From positions 9,544 to 73,543 of IMG/VR virus record IMGVR_UViG_3300014656_000022: DNA of 64,000 nt; one strand, given 5' to 3'. The DNA is from a virus. Its lineage: Duplodnaviria; Caudoviricetes. Made by a program: the position numbers and the translations under genes. Below the pieces are notes generated by a model that saw nothing but the letters and a program-made list of their open reading frames with translations, was not told where the DNA came from and did no database searches. Positions 21,415 to 30,982 of this stretch are shown here, one piece after another (the stretch's first letter is position 1; each line of letters begins with the position of its first letter).

Positions 21415-24400
21415 TTGAGTATCTCATTCCCCTTATAGTTATTTAGATTACCTGGTGCCCTACGAATATTTAGATTAACAGAGGAACGACCAGATGTCAT
21501 TCTTCTGATTCGTTCAGAAAAATCAGATGTATTCATGGCATAGTTTCCAGCAGTTCTGACATCTACTTGGACAGAAGGTCTCATTATCCTTGCGCTATTT
21601 TGGTGCAACATAGGAGGAGCGGTTGGTTGACCAAGAGAATGTTCTGGAGCATGTATTATGTCGTCGGGAGTCAAATTAGACTTCTTGTTATTCATTTTGA
21701 TATTAGCTTTTAAACCTGACCCTGGACCAATAGAAGAAGGTGGGCTAGAAAGTGCAGTAGCTATTGCTAGAGACCCTGCAAATCCAAATCCAATAGCCTT
21801 ATGGTGTTTGATGATAGACTCTCCAAACCCTCCTAAGATATTCCTCATTGTATTATAAGCTACACTAGATTTACTCATAGACCCTTCTACTGCCTTAAAG
21901 AAGCTAGGAAGTCTCTGTTTGGTTACTGTAGCTTGACCTCTCAGTAACTTAGCTGCTTCTGATGCCCCGCTGATATCAGCTTGCTTGAGACTTCTGACTA
22001 CATTTCCCCATGTCTCCCCTAGTTCCATTCCTGGGATAGTTCGTCCTACTTTTACTCCACCTAGAGCTTTTTCAATTTCCTTGTAATTCTCTAGGACTAA
22101 ATCTCCTTGAAGCATCTTTTGAGCATGAGGAGCACGCTGAAAGAGGCTCTCAATGGGAGCAATTCCTTGTTCTATATCTCTATTTCTGAGGGATTGAGCT
22201 AAGTCTCCTAGTTGCTCTCTAAATCCTCCAGAAAGAACCTGCTCAGCTCTCAAGTGCTTTGCAGCTATTGGTTCTTGTTCGAGTGTATATAATAATTGTT
22301 GAGCATTAGCCAGTTCTTGGCCTTTGAGATGCTGTAGAACAGCTTGACGCGCTGCAGTAATCTCTGTAGATAAACGTGGAACGAATTCCTGAACAGTCCC
22401 TAACTTAGCGACATCAGCTAACATTTTCTCTTCTATGTTCAGAATGGTCATACCACCCTGACCCTTAGGTTTAAATATCTGAGTCCTAACCTGATTTTGA
22501 ACCCACCTGGTAGTATATTCATCAGCTGTCTGTTGGGTCTGTTTGAATATCTTTTGCTCTAAATCGGGAGATACGAGCTTAACAGCTACTTGGTCTGCAT
22601 CATAGTCTCCAGCCATGTTTACCATGAGGCCCAATTTGATAGCCTTATCTGATAAACCTTGGATTCTGGCATTGACTGGAATCGAAGACACCAGTGCAAC
22701 AGGCTCGTGGAGGCCAGGGATGACCTGTAGACGTGCTGGTTGAAACGAATGGGGGTGGACTATAGGGTGACGCCATCCAAGGCCTCCTACAGGCTTTCCT
22801 TGAAGAAGTTCCTCAGCCATTGTTTCAAAGCCTTTCTGAGTCCCGTACAGCTCTCTTCCTTCTTCTATTAGTTGCTTAGCTATTTCTTCAGAGATTCCAA
22901 TGACATTTGATTCTCTTAGTAAGGAAGCTCCAAGAGCTTCTCCTGGCTTTCCAGCCATTAGAAATCTGGTAGCTAGAAGCTTGTCTCCCTTACCTCCTAG
23001 GAGTCTTCCTATACCCTTTCCAGCAGGTGCAGCATGTTTGACCAGCTTAGATATAGCAGTATTGATTTCATTCCTCATCGCTACAGGAGAAGTTCCTACT
23101 ACATCTGTATACATCCCCGCACCTTTTTGAGCTAAGGACGCATATATATTAGTTAGTTCACTAGCTACTATCTTCCCACCGGCAGTCTTATATGGTCGCA
23201 TTCCCTCCAGATGAGTCACACTTGGAACCCAAATGTCTTTAAACTCTCCTCCTAAACGTAGTGCTCCTCCCTCTGGACCTAGTCCTTCCATCCAGGCCTT
23301 GAATCCAGCTCTTCTGTAGCCTATACCCTTTACATCGAATGAGGATAAGCCAGTAGGGACTTCTCCTGTTTGAAAGGACCTCAGAGATTGCATCAGAGAT
23401 TGGTGTATTGCTAGGCGCTGAGGATTTGTTTGTGCCCCCGTTAGAAGAAGGTCCTTTGCAAGCTCTTCTCCTAGTTGGCCAAAACCTCCTCCTGCAAGCA
23501 TTTCATATGCCCGGGGTTCAATAGAAGCCAACTTCCCTGAACCTAGAAGCTCTTTTGTCCTTCCATAGAATGGTTGAGCCATACCAATAGGTATCCCTGT
23601 TTCCATACCTGTAACAAGAGTACTGGGAAGTCTCGTTCTTCTTAGGAGAGTTTCATATTCTTTACCTTCTAAAGCTTCTGGAACAGCACCAAATATCTTT
23701 CCAAATTCGGCTGGAGAAGGTTCAGCAGATCTAGTCATAGCCATTAGCTGTGTAATGAGATTAACATGACGCAGTGGCCCCTCTCCTGCAGCTCTCTCGA
23801 ATAAGCGCATAGTGTGAACTGGACGCTTCCAGAACATTTCTTGAGCTGGAGTGAGATTCATTTGTTTACTCAAGAAGTTCTCTAGAGCAGTCATCATTTG
23901 CTTGTTATGTAACCCTCTGTTTTTCTTGAGAGTGTCCATATCAGCAACTATTCTAATACCCCGTTCTATTGCTTCGTCTTTCCATTCTGGAATAGTCGCC
24001 AATCCACTTTCTATTGCCCCTTGAGGAACAAAATGAAATCCAGCTCTTAGGTCTCCAAAGAACTTCTCAAATGCTGTCATCTCATGTCTTCTGCGGACAG
24101 AGAGTGTGGCAAACTCTCCCTTACCCTTATCCCAAAAAGGAGTTACTCCCAAGATTTCTTCTTTAAGCGGATCTGGCACATTATATGGAACCCCCTTGGT
24201 AGTCATTCCTAAAAAGGTTCCTGGAGTTAATTTATTCCCTTCTTGAAGCTGTTTGAGAGCTTCCATATTTGCTGTAGCTAAATGAATAGATGCAGTACTC
24301 TGCTGTCCTAGAGCTGCTGTTACATTCTTACTTGCAAGAACTGCTCCATCTCCGATTCCCATTCTCTCCATTTGCATGGCATACTTCTTTTCGCTTATGT

Positions 24401-25850
24401 AGGCTGTCCTCAAGTGAGGAGGCATAGCTTCTTTAGTCCAATGAGCTTCTCTTTCCATCCCCGTAGGAAGATGTCTAGAATAGAATGCAGCTCTATGTTC
24501 TCCCGGAATAAATTTCTCAGACCAAGCATATTTCTTAGCTGCTTCAGCAGCTTCAGGAGTTAACCCCCATTCTCGTAAGCTCTGCTCTACACGTCTGCTT
24601 ACATCTGCTGCTCCTGGAGTTGGCTGCCATCTTCTCATTTGGACTTCTGGGCCCATGACTATACCTTTAGCTATATCTACAGGAGAAGTCCCTGGTTGTA
24701 GACCACCAACTCTCATTGCTTCTAGAAGCTCTTCTCCTACAGCAGGTTCATGTCCGGGTTTGTAAACAAATTTCCCCAATTGGGGAGCTACACTTCGTTT
24801 CATAACAACCTGAACTGCTCCTCCACGAGTCTTCTGATAACTTGCAAGAACTGGATCATAGATGTTAGCTGGAAGGTTAGGCATAGTTTCCAGTTTATGA
24901 AGCCATTCTGTACGAAGAGAACTAATAGCTTGTTGTAAATCCATTCCTCTGAGTCTTCCACTCTTCATTGCAGGAACTATTTGTTCAGCGAATTCACGCA
25001 TGACAAATTCGTGTCTAGTCATCGTGGACAGAGAACGTGCTTCTGGGTCCCAGATAGCCATAGCAGGAGAAATGTACTTAGTACGAAGAGTCTTACCCTC
25101 TAAGAAAACTCCTTCAGATGTAAGAGGAAGCATTAAGCTAGCTCCCTCTTGAGCCCAGTTGAACTTGAGAACTTTATGTCCGGGGAAATCGGGACGTGTA
25201 TACTCCATTACTGTTCCAGTCTTACCTAACTCATTAGCTATATTGTCATATACGGTTCTAATTTCAGAAGGGAGAGCTTCTGTCCCCAGAGGAAGAGCTT
25301 CTGTCCCCAGGAGAGTCCCAGACCATCTTCTCTTTTGAAATGGAGTTAGGACTGGCACCTGTCCTGCAATTCCAAAATGTTTGGTAGATGCAGCTACATT
25401 ACTCTGAAAATGTCTGAGTACCTTCTGAACTCCAAAAGATTGTCCATGAACATGAAGAGCTTTTTGGAGAGATCCTTCTATATCTGCACCGGCAGATCTC
25501 ATCTTCTGAGTTACAGAGGCTAACTTCTTGGCAGTAATAGGATCAGCAAATCTTATTGCCTGGTCCCATGCTCCTTGAACGAGCTTAGGAATCTCCCCGG
25601 AAGGAACTCTTTCTTGTGTCAGAGATGTACTGAGGCCCCTTATATAATCTAGATGTCCTTGAATCGGAAGATCTGGAACAGCTGTGATTCCAGCTTGTCT
25701 TGCAGCTATAGCTATAGGGTTCTCAGCAACAGCAGATACACCAGTAAATGGTCTGGACTTAGCAAACTTATATCCTGCATATGCAGTAGTTCCTGCTATA
25801 GGTGCTCCTATAATAGCAGCTGATAGAAAACTATTATTTTTCTCTGCCAT
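21411..25850 (-). CDS. Putative single-chain two-barrel (DPBB) RNA polymerase, probably virion-associated, 1479 aa
   Basis: beta'-like series IGISEEIAKQL...KPVGGLGWRHPIVH...NMAGDYDADQVAV (DYDAD at 22593-22607); beta-like series HLRTAY...GIGDGAVLAS...SVRRRHEMTAFEKFFG...GIRIVAD, in the correct order. Confidence 0.75.
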   Translation of the reverse strand: MAEKNNSFLSAAIIGAPIAGTTAYAGYKFAKSRPFTGVSAVAENPIAIAARQAGITAVPDLPIQGHLDYIRGLSTSLTQERVPSGEIPKLVQGAWDQAIRFADPITAKKLASVTQKMRSAGADIEGSLQKALHVHGQSFGVQKVLRHFQSNVAASTKHFGIAGQVPVLTPFQKRRWSGTLLGTEALPLGTEALPSEIRTVYDNIANELGKTGTVMEYTRPDFPGHKVLKFNWAQEGASLMLPLTSEGVFLEGKTLRTKYISPAMAIWDPEARSLSTMTRHEFVMREFAEQIVPAMKSGRLRGMDLQQAISSLRTEWLHKLETMPNLPANIYDPVLASYQKTRGGAVQVVMKRSVAPQLGKFVYKPGHEPAVGEELLEAMRVGGLQPGTSPVDIAKGIVMGPEVQMRRWQPTPGAADVSRRVEQSLREWGLTPEAAEAAKKYAWSEKFIPGEHRAAFYSRHLPTGMEREAHWTKEAMPPHLRTAYISEKKYAMQMERMGIGDGAVLASKNVTAALGQQSTASIHLATANMEALKQLQEGNKLTPGTFLGMTTKGVPYNVPDPLKEEILGVTPFWDKGKGEFATLSVRRRHEMTAFEKFFGDLRAGFHFVPQGAIESGLATIPEWKDEAIERGIRIVADMDTLKKNRGLHNKQMMTALENFLSKQMNLTPAQEMFWKRPVHTMRLFERAAGEGPLRHVNLITQLMAMTRSAEPSPAEFGKIFGAVPEALEGKEYETLLRRTRLPSTLVTGMETGIPIGMAQPFYGRTKELLGSGKLASIEPRAYEMLAGGGFGQLGEELAKDLLLTGAQTNPQRLAIHQSLMQSLRSFQTGEVPTGLSSFDVKGIGYRRAGFKAWMEGLGPEGGALRLGGEFKDIWVPSVTHLEGMRPYKTAGGKIVASELTNIYASLAQKGAGMYTDVVGTSPVAMRNEINTAISKLVKHAAPAGKGIGRLLGGKGDKLLATRFLMAGKPGEALGASLLRESNVIGISEEIAKQLIEEGRELYGTQKGFETMAEELLQGKPVGGLGWRHPIVHPHSFQPARLQVIPGLHEPVALVSSIPVNARIQGLSDKAIKLGLMVNMAGDYDADQVAVKLVSPDLEQKIFKQTQQTADEYTTRWVQNQVRTQIFKPKGQGGMTILNIEEKMLADVAKLGTVQEFVPRLSTEITAARQAVLQHLKGQELANAQQLLYTLEQEPIAAKHLRAEQVLSGGFREQLGDLAQSLRNRDIEQGIAPIESLFQRAPHAQKMLQGDLVLENYKEIEKALGGVKVGRTIPGMELGETWGNVVRSLKQADISGASEAAKLLRGQATVTKQRLPSFFKAVEGSMSKSSVAYNTMRNILGGFGESIIKHHKAIGFGFAGSLAIATALSSPPSSIGPGSGLKANIKMNNKKSNLTPDDIIHAPEHSLGQPTAPPMLHQNSARIMRPSVQVDVRTAGNYAMNTSDFSERIRRMTSGRSSVNLNIRRAPGNLNNYKGNEILK
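25273..25310. repeat. Tandem duplication, 21-nt period, encoding LGTEALP twice
   Basis: agagcttctgtccccag occurs exactly at 25273-25289 and 25294-25310. Confidence 0.95.
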
Positions 25851-28800
25851 AATCTTCCTGATGATCTATATTAACTACTAGACCACCATTTCCCCATGTG
25901 GTCCGTGTAAAGATAGATGCTTTCATTTGATTAGCCATAAGTAACTCATCTATTCTACTTCTCATTTCATCTGCTGATAAGTCTGGAGGGTTTAATACTT
26001 CTTCTACAGCTTCTTCGTTAATATAAGGCTTGTTCATGAGAGTTTGAGCTTGAGAAGGCCATAGATTATAATCATGTTGGTCCTCTCCAAGACTTTGAAC
26101 TACTTTGAGCTTTAAATCTTCGAGATCAACAGATGGATGCCAACCAACAAAGTCCATTCCTGGAAGAGGTATATTTGGTAGAATCTTTGTCCTTCTATAC
26201 CAATCTCCATACTTTTCGTCAGACAATCTGGTTTCTATGAACTCCCCCATTTCCTTCTTGGATGAAGGGTATCCTTCTACTTTAGCTTCAGAGTATATCT
26301 GCTCTACATATTCGCTTGCTTCACTAAGCTGGTCTTCCGTTAATAAATTAGCTTTCTCTGCTCTTCTTACGTCATCTGCAAAGGCTAATTGCCATCTAGC
26401 TATGTATAGTGCTTTCTCGTTCTCTGGGACCATTTGAAGGATACGAGCCCTTTCTTCTCCTGATTCAGCTTCTGCGAAAGCATTAAAGTAATCTCTTTCC
26501 CGCCGTGGGAGAGATCTAAAGATAGAACTATAGTTCCTCGTATATGGATTGATCCCAAATAGAGTTTCATCCTTCTTAGATTCAAATTCTTTTGTAGCTT
26601 TTGTATCTTCTGCCAGACGGGCAATATTAGCTAGGCGTGAGTATTTGACATATTTGAGAACATCAAAATACTCCTCTAATTCTCTCCTACTTTGAATGTG
26701 TCCAGGAACTCCTTTGAATCCAAGAGATGCAGCAGTTAGATAAGCAGATGGTCTAACGAAGTGAGTGTATGGATGTTGCCAGAATGCACTTTGTGTCCCA
26801 TATAATTGCTCTCTTTCATAGCTTTCAATAGCTGTTCTCTCATGAACTAACTTTGCACCAGGAGAAACAGGAGTCATCTGATCCAACGCTGTCTCTGCAT
26901 TGTGAGACAACAGTTCCCAGTATCCTCCAAATAGCTTTTTAAAGAGTCCTGGTTCTTCTACTCCAGCTTTCTTTATTTCATTGAGCTGGGTAAGAAGACT
27001 GCTTGATTCCTCGCTAGATCTTTTAATTCCCCCCGTTGGGGAAAGATATTGGTATTCTCTAAATTCCTTTCTCTGTTTCTTAGCCTTTATCTGTTCTAGG
27101 GTCTGTTGAAAGAGATTCTCTTCATAATCTGTCCAGTCTCTTCTCTTTCTAGCAGCTCTAACCATAGATAGGTGTTTTCCATACTTTTCACTATATGGAG
27201 CTACATCAGCTAGGATTTTCCAACGATGAATTAATGGATATTTGCTTGGTTCAATCCCCTCTAACTCTGGATAACGTGCCTCATATCCGACTCCTGGAAG
27301 CCTTAACTCACCTTCGGGGACCTTGGCCCAAGGATCTCCTGTTCTAAAGTCAGGCGACTTATCTCCAGCTCCTGGAAGCCATTCTGCGGCCATATTAGGA
27401 ATTGGGTTATATAAAGGAATTTGGCGACGACGGTGGGGGAAGAAACGTCTCCAAGCTTCTGTCGCACCAAGGCCACCACCTATCTCTAGGTCCCAATACT
27501 CTCTTTCATATCCTGCAATTCTACGCGCACTCTCTAATTGCATTTCTTGGTCAAACAAGTCAGGGGTGCCAGTTAGAGCTTCTTTAATAGAAGTTGCAGT
27601 AAAGCCAAAAAGTCCTGCCATTTCTGTCATTCGATATACCTGTTCTCCAATAGTTCCCTTAATTCCAAATGGAGTAACAGGAGGAGGACCTGGTTGTTCT
27701 CCTATTTCTGTAGCAATACGTTGTCCATATCTGGGAGATGGGGCTATTACTCCGCCTTCCGTTCTCCAATCTTCTTCGTGCATATACACAGGAGGTTTGA
27801 TTACTCTACCAAGAGTATTGGCTAAGATAGGTCCAATGAGCGGTACGTCTTCAAATGGCGAGCTGGAAACTGGATATGGCCGATCTTGATAGTGTCTCTG
27901 TTCTAATTCATAGGTAAATTCTTTCTTCCAGAATTTTTCTAGAGGCGAAATAGTTCCTTCTTCTCGTCCCCAGATACCTTTCTCTCTGGCCCTCATGAGC
28001 ATTCTGGGAAACCAATGTGGACGAAAATAAGTTTCATTACTGTTGTGAAGCGTAAAACCTGGACTAAGAAAGCTTTCATCTTCCTCTACCTGAAAGTCAT
28101 AAACAATGCCTTCATAATGTTCTTGAAAGATAGAATGTATTGAAATTGCAAATCCACCATCTACTTCAGTATATCCATACTGTCGCTCTGGCAGTTTGGT
28201 TATTTCTCCAACTTTCAGTAACTTAAGTGGTATTACCTGATTAAGTAAGTAAGTACTTGTCTTTGGTATTCTAAGCTCTTGGACTAAATACCCTTTTTGG
28301 GTTTTAGTTATTTTTCCAAGAGCAGCAAATATGTGCAACCTTGATAATAAAAGTTGCATCTGTCTCAGTAGAGGACAAGGATGCATCCCTATTCGAATTG
28401 CATTATCTCTAATAGATCCATCCCCTTTAATAACACCTTCCAGGAAACCAAGGATAAATCCGTTCGGAGCATCAAAAATTTCTGGATTTAGACGTTTTGT
28501 ACCTTCTTTTGCTAAACCGGGTACAAGCCACTTTATTAGTTTTGCTACCAAAGAGCTATACAGTATAACTTCAATACCATTCTTACTAGTAGAATGTGTG
28601 TAGATTTTGAGACCAAATAGTCTCTTTGCTAAATCTTGTAAAGTATCGACATATTCTTTTTCTTCCCGATGTAATGCAAATGTGATTCGTCTACTAGTTA
28701 CACTTCCTTCAGCAGCATAAAATCCACAAAATAAACCAAGGGAATAGTCCAGTGACAATATAGGCAAAAGATTATCTGGGACAAGTCTTTTACGAAATAA

Positions 28801-30981
28801 AAGCCCTTGTTTTTTATGCTTACGAATATCTGCTAGCCTATATCTAATTTGTGAATACGTCAGATTATATTTTTCTTGTAAATATAACAGTTTCTCTTTT
28901 CTAGATTTGCTTTTAGGGGAAAACTGACCCCACTCTAGAATCTCTAAATCAGCTTCTAGACCTTTGCAGTCCTTAAAAGGCCTAAACCATCTACCATTTA
29001 AAAACGTAAAACCAGAAATACGTTCTAGATCGACTGTCTTAGTAATCTCACGAGGAGAATAATATGGCATAAATAGTCTGTATCTTCCATCTTTCTTTAT
29101 AGACGAGCTTGGCATCCACATTTTTTGTGGCTTGGTTTTGTCTAGCTTAAAATAATATGGACAATAGACAACTAGTAACTGATGGTTTCCGGTAATACTT
29201 GTTAATGCTTCCTGTCCATAACTTGTACTAAATTTGTAAACTTGTTCGTTTACTTCTCTAGTAAAAACCTTAAGAACACGGACAGATCTCCCCTTCTTGT
29301 TTAAGAGTTTATGTCCAGGTCGTATTAATTCAGCGTTTTCCAAAGTGCCATCTGATAATATTAAACAAGCCTGTTTTGTTAGACATCCTTCAAACGCAGA
29401 TCGTCCCGCTTCCCACCATCTACCACGCCTAACAGCAATTTCTTGCCTACCTGAATAAATATCTTCCAATTCTTCTGGACTCTTCTCAGGTATTAATGCG
29501 CCTGGTAGAAATGGGGCAACTAGAGCTAATCCTGCTAGTGCTCCCCCAATTGCAGCTAGCTTAGTTGGGCCTAATTTCCACCCCAATTTTCTAAAAGCTA
29601 ATTGCTCTCCTCCTTCAACTATTGGCTCAAATAATCTTCTCCAAGCTTTTCCTAGAGTATCAGAACGATAGTAGAGACTCTCTGGACCTGCTAGAGCCAT
29701 CTTTCTCATAGTCCTGGAAGCTATATTCTTTCCAGTTCCAAATTCTCTTGCAGATAGCTCAGCTACTGTTAGGGCTTCATGGGCTGACATACCTCTAGCC
29801 TGAAGAGTTGTCATCTGTACGAGCTTGGCTCCATATGCAATTCCTCCAGCTCCAAGGGCTCCCATTAGAGGAAAAGCTAGCAGCTTTTGAAGAGAAGTAC
29901 TACCTGGAGCTACTTCTTCTTGAAACTCTCTATATCTCTGTAGACCTGATATTTGAGCTATACGTGAAGCAGCTATATTAGCTTTCACTCCAGCTGTAGC
30001 TATTCCAGCAGTAATCCCCTCATCCAGAATAGTGCCAGAGAGAGTGTCAGACCTTCTTACGGCCCAATCCAACATCTGGTAGCCCATATAAGCAGCAGGT
30101 AAGGCAATGCCAAACTTGCCCACCATTCGGGCAAACATTTCTCCACCAGTGCCAGATTTAACAGCTAATTTAGGAAGGTACTTTGCTCCCGGAAGGCCCT
30201 CTATAAGTCCATAGGGCATTTCCAGTAGACGGTTGAAACGACCTACAAGCTCAGTTCCTAAGGCTCCAGCCCATCTACCTGTATAACCTAACCTCGTCTG
30301 AGCACCAATAATCTGAGAAGGTAATCCTTCGATGAGAGGATTTAGAATATTGGGCTTATCGAAGAAAGGTTGTCTAAAGGTAAAGATATGCTGTGGAGAA
30401 GGAATTTTGGCTCCTAATCCTACTGTCCACCCAGCTCCTACCCATGAACTGGTAGTTAAGGATTTGCCTAAGGGGTCCCATACAGAAAGAGGAGTTCTGA
30501 TAGCACTAGCATAACGTAGAGCTACTTCTTCTCCCTGGCCCCAAAAGAGTCTTCCTCCTCTTAGGGTAACTCCTTCTCTTTGTAGTCTAGCTTTACTAAG
30601 TAAATCTAAAGAATGAATATAATCTGTAAGATGGACATTCTTCCTAAACATAGAGGGAGAAACGTGAGTCCCTCTTTGAACTGCACTTTCAAACTGAGAA
30701 AAGAAGTTTGAAAGCTGAAAGGTTCTAAGAACGCCTCCTGGAGAATAAGATTCTATTCCTCTGAGACTAGCTACATACTTATCCCAGACTCTCCCACTCT
30801 TCGTAGGAATCCATCCAGCGGCTAGAACTCCTCCTGTAATCAGTCCAGCTGTGAGAATATTGTTTGTAGATTCTTCGTAAAAGTTACGAGGCTGTCCTGT
30901 TAGGTATGATTGCTGAGTTTGAGTAGAAAGGGAAGGAGAATAGTAGCTCCTTAATTGATTAGAAGATAGAAAAGTAGGCAT
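25834..30981 (-). CDS. Tape-measure-like virion protein with intein (1715 aa precursor, about 1267 aa spliced)
   Basis: First long gene after two tail chaperones; several hydrophobic Gly/Ala segments; contains an intein. Confidence 0.55.
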   Translation of the reverse strand: MPTFLSSNQLRSYYSPSLSTQTQQSYLTGQPRNFYEESTNNILTAGLITGGVLAAGWIPTKSGRVWDKYVASLRGIESYSPGGVLRTFQLSNFFSQFESAVQRGTHVSPSMFRKNVHLTDYIHSLDLLSKARLQREGVTLRGGRLFWGQGEEVALRYASAIRTPLSVWDPLGKSLTTSSWVGAGWTVGLGAKIPSPQHIFTFRQPFFDKPNILNPLIEGLPSQIIGAQTRLGYTGRWAGALGTELVGRFNRLLEMPYGLIEGLPGAKYLPKLAVKSGTGGEMFARMVGKFGIALPAAYMGYQMLDWAVRRSDTLSGTILDEGITAGIATAGVKANIAASRIAQISGLQRYREFQEEVAPGSTSLQKLLAFPLMGALGAGGIAYGAKLVQMTTLQARGMSAHEALTVAELSAREFGTGKNIASRTMRKMALAGPESLYYRSDTLGKAWRRLFEPIVEGGEQLAFRKLGWKLGPTKLAAIGGALAGLALVAPFLPGALIPEKSPEELEDIYSGRQEIAVRRGRWWEAGRSAFEGCLTKQACLILSDGTLENAELIRPGHKLLNKKGRSVRVLKVFTREVNEQVYKFSTSYGQEALTSITGNHQLLVVYCPYYFKLDKTKPQKMWMPSSSIKKDGRYRLFMPYYSPREITKTVDLERISGFTFLNGRWFRPFKDCKGLEADLEILEWGQFSPKSKSRKEKLLYLQEKYNLTYSQIRYRLADIRKHKKQGLLFRKRLVPDNLLPILSLDYSLGLFCGFYAAEGSVTSRRITFALHREEKEYVDTLQDLAKRLFGLKIYTHSTSKNGIEVILYSSLVAKLIKWLVPGLAKEGTKRLNPEIFDAPNGFILGFLEGVIKGDGSIRDNAIRIGMHPCPLLRQMQLLLSRLHIFAALGKITKTQKGYLVQELRIPKTSTYLLNQVIPLKLLKVGEITKLPERQYGYTEVDGGFAISIHSIFQEHYEGIVYDFQVEEDESFLSPGFTLHNSNETYFRPHWFPRMLMRAREKGIWGREEGTISPLEKFWKKEFTYELEQRHYQDRPYPVSSSPFEDVPLIGPILANTLGRVIKPPVYMHEEDWRTEGGVIAPSPRYGQRIATEIGEQPGPPPVTPFGIKGTIGEQVYRMTEMAGLFGFTATSIKEALTGTPDLFDQEMQLESARRIAGYEREYWDLEIGGGLGATEAWRRFFPHRRRQIPLYNPIPNMAAEWLPGAGDKSPDFRTGDPWAKVPEGELRLPGVGYEARYPELEGIEPSKYPLIHRWKILADVAPYSEKYGKHLSMVRAARKRRDWTDYEENLFQQTLEQIKAKKQRKEFREYQYLSPTGGIKRSSEESSSLLTQLNEIKKAGVEEPGLFKKLFGGYWELLSHNAETALDQMTPVSPGAKLVHERTAIESYEREQLYGTQSAFWQHPYTHFVRPSAYLTAASLGFKGVPGHIQSRRELEEYFDVLKYVKYSRLANIARLAEDTKATKEFESKKDETLFGINPYTRNYSSIFRSLPRRERDYFNAFAEAESGEERARILQMVPENEKALYIARWQLAFADDVRRAEKANLLTEDQLSEASEYVEQIYSEAKVEGYPSSKKEMGEFIETRLSDEKYGDWYRRTKILPNIPLPGMDFVGWHPSVDLEDLKLKVVQSLGEDQHDYNLWPSQAQTLMNKPYINEEAVEEVLNPPDLSADEMRSRIDELLMANQMKASIFTRTTWGNGGLVVNIDHQEDYGREK
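28042..29385 (-). mobile_element. Intein with LAGLIDADG homing endonuclease (448 aa) in the tape-measure-like gene
   Basis: AFEG|CLTKQA ... VYDFQVEEDESFLSPGFTLHN|SNETYF; endonuclease motifs FCGFYAAEG and FLEGVIKGDG. Confidence 0.92.
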
Positions 30982-30982
30982 A

